Assembly: GCA_910587935.1 (NCBI GenBank)
Contig: CAJUNP010000013.1
Location: 2,070-66,069 of the forward strand
Length of the DNA: 64,000 nucleotides
Source: an uncultured Lachnospiraceae bacterium
GTDB taxonomy: Bacteria > Bacillota > Clostridia > Lachnospirales > Lachnospiraceae
Reading direction: 5' to 3'
Part shown: piece by piece, positions 63,053-64,000 of the stretch
Layout of the letters: every line of letters begins with the position of its first letter
Numbering within the stretch: the first letter of the stretch is position 1
Program-made: the position numbers and the translations under genes
Notes under the pieces: generated by a model
What the model was told of the DNA's origin: nothing
Databases searched by the model: none
The model's input: only the letters and a program-made list of their open reading frames with translations

Positions 63053-63712
63053 ATGTATTTTGAAGAAGACTATCTGATGCTTTCCGGGATACAGCATTTT
63101 GCTTTTTGCAGAAGGCAGTGGGCGCTGATACATATCGAACAGCAGTGGACTGATAATTACAGGACAACCGCTGGTGAACTGATGCACAAAAAAGCCCATG
63201 ACGCGGGTTCCTTTGAGAAGAGGGGAAATTTACTGATCGTCAGAGGAATGAGAATTACATCCCGCGAACTGGGCCTGAGCGGACAGTGCGATGTTGTCGA
63301 ATTTCGTCAGAATGAGAAGGGTATCGATTTATTCGGGTATGATGGGAAATGGAGTCCGAAGCCTGTAGAATACAAGCATGGTGTACCCAAAGAAAATAAT
63401 GCAGATGAACTACAGCTGTGCGCACAGGCAATATGCCTTGAGGAAATGTTTCAGACACAGATACCGGACGGAGATTTGTATTACGGTGAAAACAGACGCC
63501 GCAGTCATGTGGAATTTACGGACAGTTTGCGGGAAGAAGTAAAAAGGGCGGTAAAGGAAATGCACGATTTATTTCAAAGAGGTTATACGCCCAATGTTAA
63601 GCCTGCTAAGAAATGCAAGGCGTGTTCCCTGGAAAATCTGTGTGTTCCAAAGCTGCAAAAGGCAATAAGGGTCAGGGAATATATCAGACAGGGTATTAAG
63701 TCAGATGATTAA
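63053..63712 (+). CDS. cas4: Cas4 (RecB-like exonuclease with 4-Cys cluster)
   Basis: 219 aa. N-terminal Cys FAFCRRQW, nuclease motif CDVVEF...PVEYKHG, QLCAQAICLEE, C-terminal CKACSLENLC. Confidence 0.9.
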   Translation: MYFEEDYLMLSGIQHFAFCRRQWALIHIEQQWTDNYRTTAGELMHKKAHDAGSFEKRGNLLIVRGMRITSRELGLSGQCDVVEFRQNEKGIDLFGYDGKWSPKPVEYKHGVPKENNADELQLCAQAICLEEMFQTQIPDGDLYYGENRRRSHVEFTDSLREEVKRAVKEMHDLFQRGYTPNVKPAKKCKACSLENLCVPKLQKAIRVREYIRQGIKSDD

Positions 63713-63756
63713 ATGTCAAAAAGCGTTTTCAGACAGAATATACAGGGAGTGTTAAT

Positions 63757-64000
63757 GTGCGGAAATTACTGAATACTTTATATGTTATGACAGAGAATTG
63801 TTATTTGACTCTTGAAGGCGAAAATATCGTGATACTGGATGGTGAGAAAACACTGGGGAGATTCCCGCTTCACACACTGGAGAATATCATATGTTTTACT
63901 TACAAGGGGACAAGTCCGGCGTTAATGGGGGCCTGCGTGGAACGGAACACAGGAATCAGTTTTTTCTCTCCGAGAGGAGCGTTTCTGGCGAGGGCTGTCG
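63757..64000 (+). CDS. cas1: Cas1 integrase, N-terminal part (continues beyond the window)
   Basis: GTG 63757 follows GGGAGTG. RKLLNTLYVMTENCYLTLEGENIVILDGEKTLGRFPLHTLENIICF is the typical type I-C Cas1 N-terminus. The frame is open to the window edge. Confidence 0.85.
   Translation, partial: MRKLLNTLYVMTENCYLTLEGENIVILDGEKTLGRFPLHTLENIICFTYKGTSPALMGACVERNTGISFFSPRGAFLARAV

Noticed and set aside
1-64000. CRISPR repeat-spacer array, tRNA or rRNA genes
   Set aside because: I looked for regularly spaced 28-37-nt direct repeats, especially near the cas genes, and for cloverleaf or rRNA-like conserved stretches, and found none. The array is presumably downstream of cas2, outside the window.

Overview
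The window looks like a chromosomal segment of a spore-forming Firmicute, probably Clostridia or Lachnospiraceae-like. That is an inference from gene content only (spmA, CotF-like, SleC-like, RsiV/ECF sigma, hprK-crh). I support about 60 protein genes. I saw no rRNA or tRNA genes and no CRISPR repeat array inside the window.

Gene order, left to right:
- a DUF2975/YozG pair
- a SWIM-SNF2 helicase
- small housekeeping enzymes (GNAT, HD hydrolase, nicotinamidase-like, YbjQ, esterase)
- an NYN-LOTUS protein
- a 5'-truncated CDP-alcohol phosphatidyltransferase gene
- a 2418-aa secreted FN3/Big_2 repeat protein
- an ECF sigma plus RsiV-like anti-sigma pair
- an OmpR/HK two-component system with 11-bp-phased direct repeats in its promoter
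- an RlmI-like methyltransferase
- a receiver-domain::small-alarmone-synthetase fusion
- a SleC-like LysM/PG-binding protein
- an Hpt / REC-HD-GYP / hybrid-kinase operon
- nth, a DUF1846 gene and ftsH
- the block uvrC-hprK-glcK-murB-rapZ-whiA-crh, which lacks yvcK and whose Crh has Glu at position 15
- a lipid kinase and fba
- an AT-rich graveyard of deleted two-component genes, a frameshifted lipoprotein and an integrase stub abutting ppiB
- a GNAT gene, CotF-like genes, nagB-nagA, an XRE regulator and spmA

The most interesting part is at the right end. The 3' end of spmA is present twice as diverged direct repeats. These bracket a 2.3-kb low-GC cassette driven by a perfect consensus promoter. 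The cassette encodes a tyrosine-recombinase-like protein that has lost its catalytic residues, followed by a closely abutting RhuM-family protein. Directly downstream is a type I-C cas operon, cas3-cas5-cas8c-cas7-cas4-cas1, with cas1 cut by the window edge. There is a plausible internal Cas11c start inside cas8c.

All functional calls rest on motifs read by eye from the translations. No database search was run.
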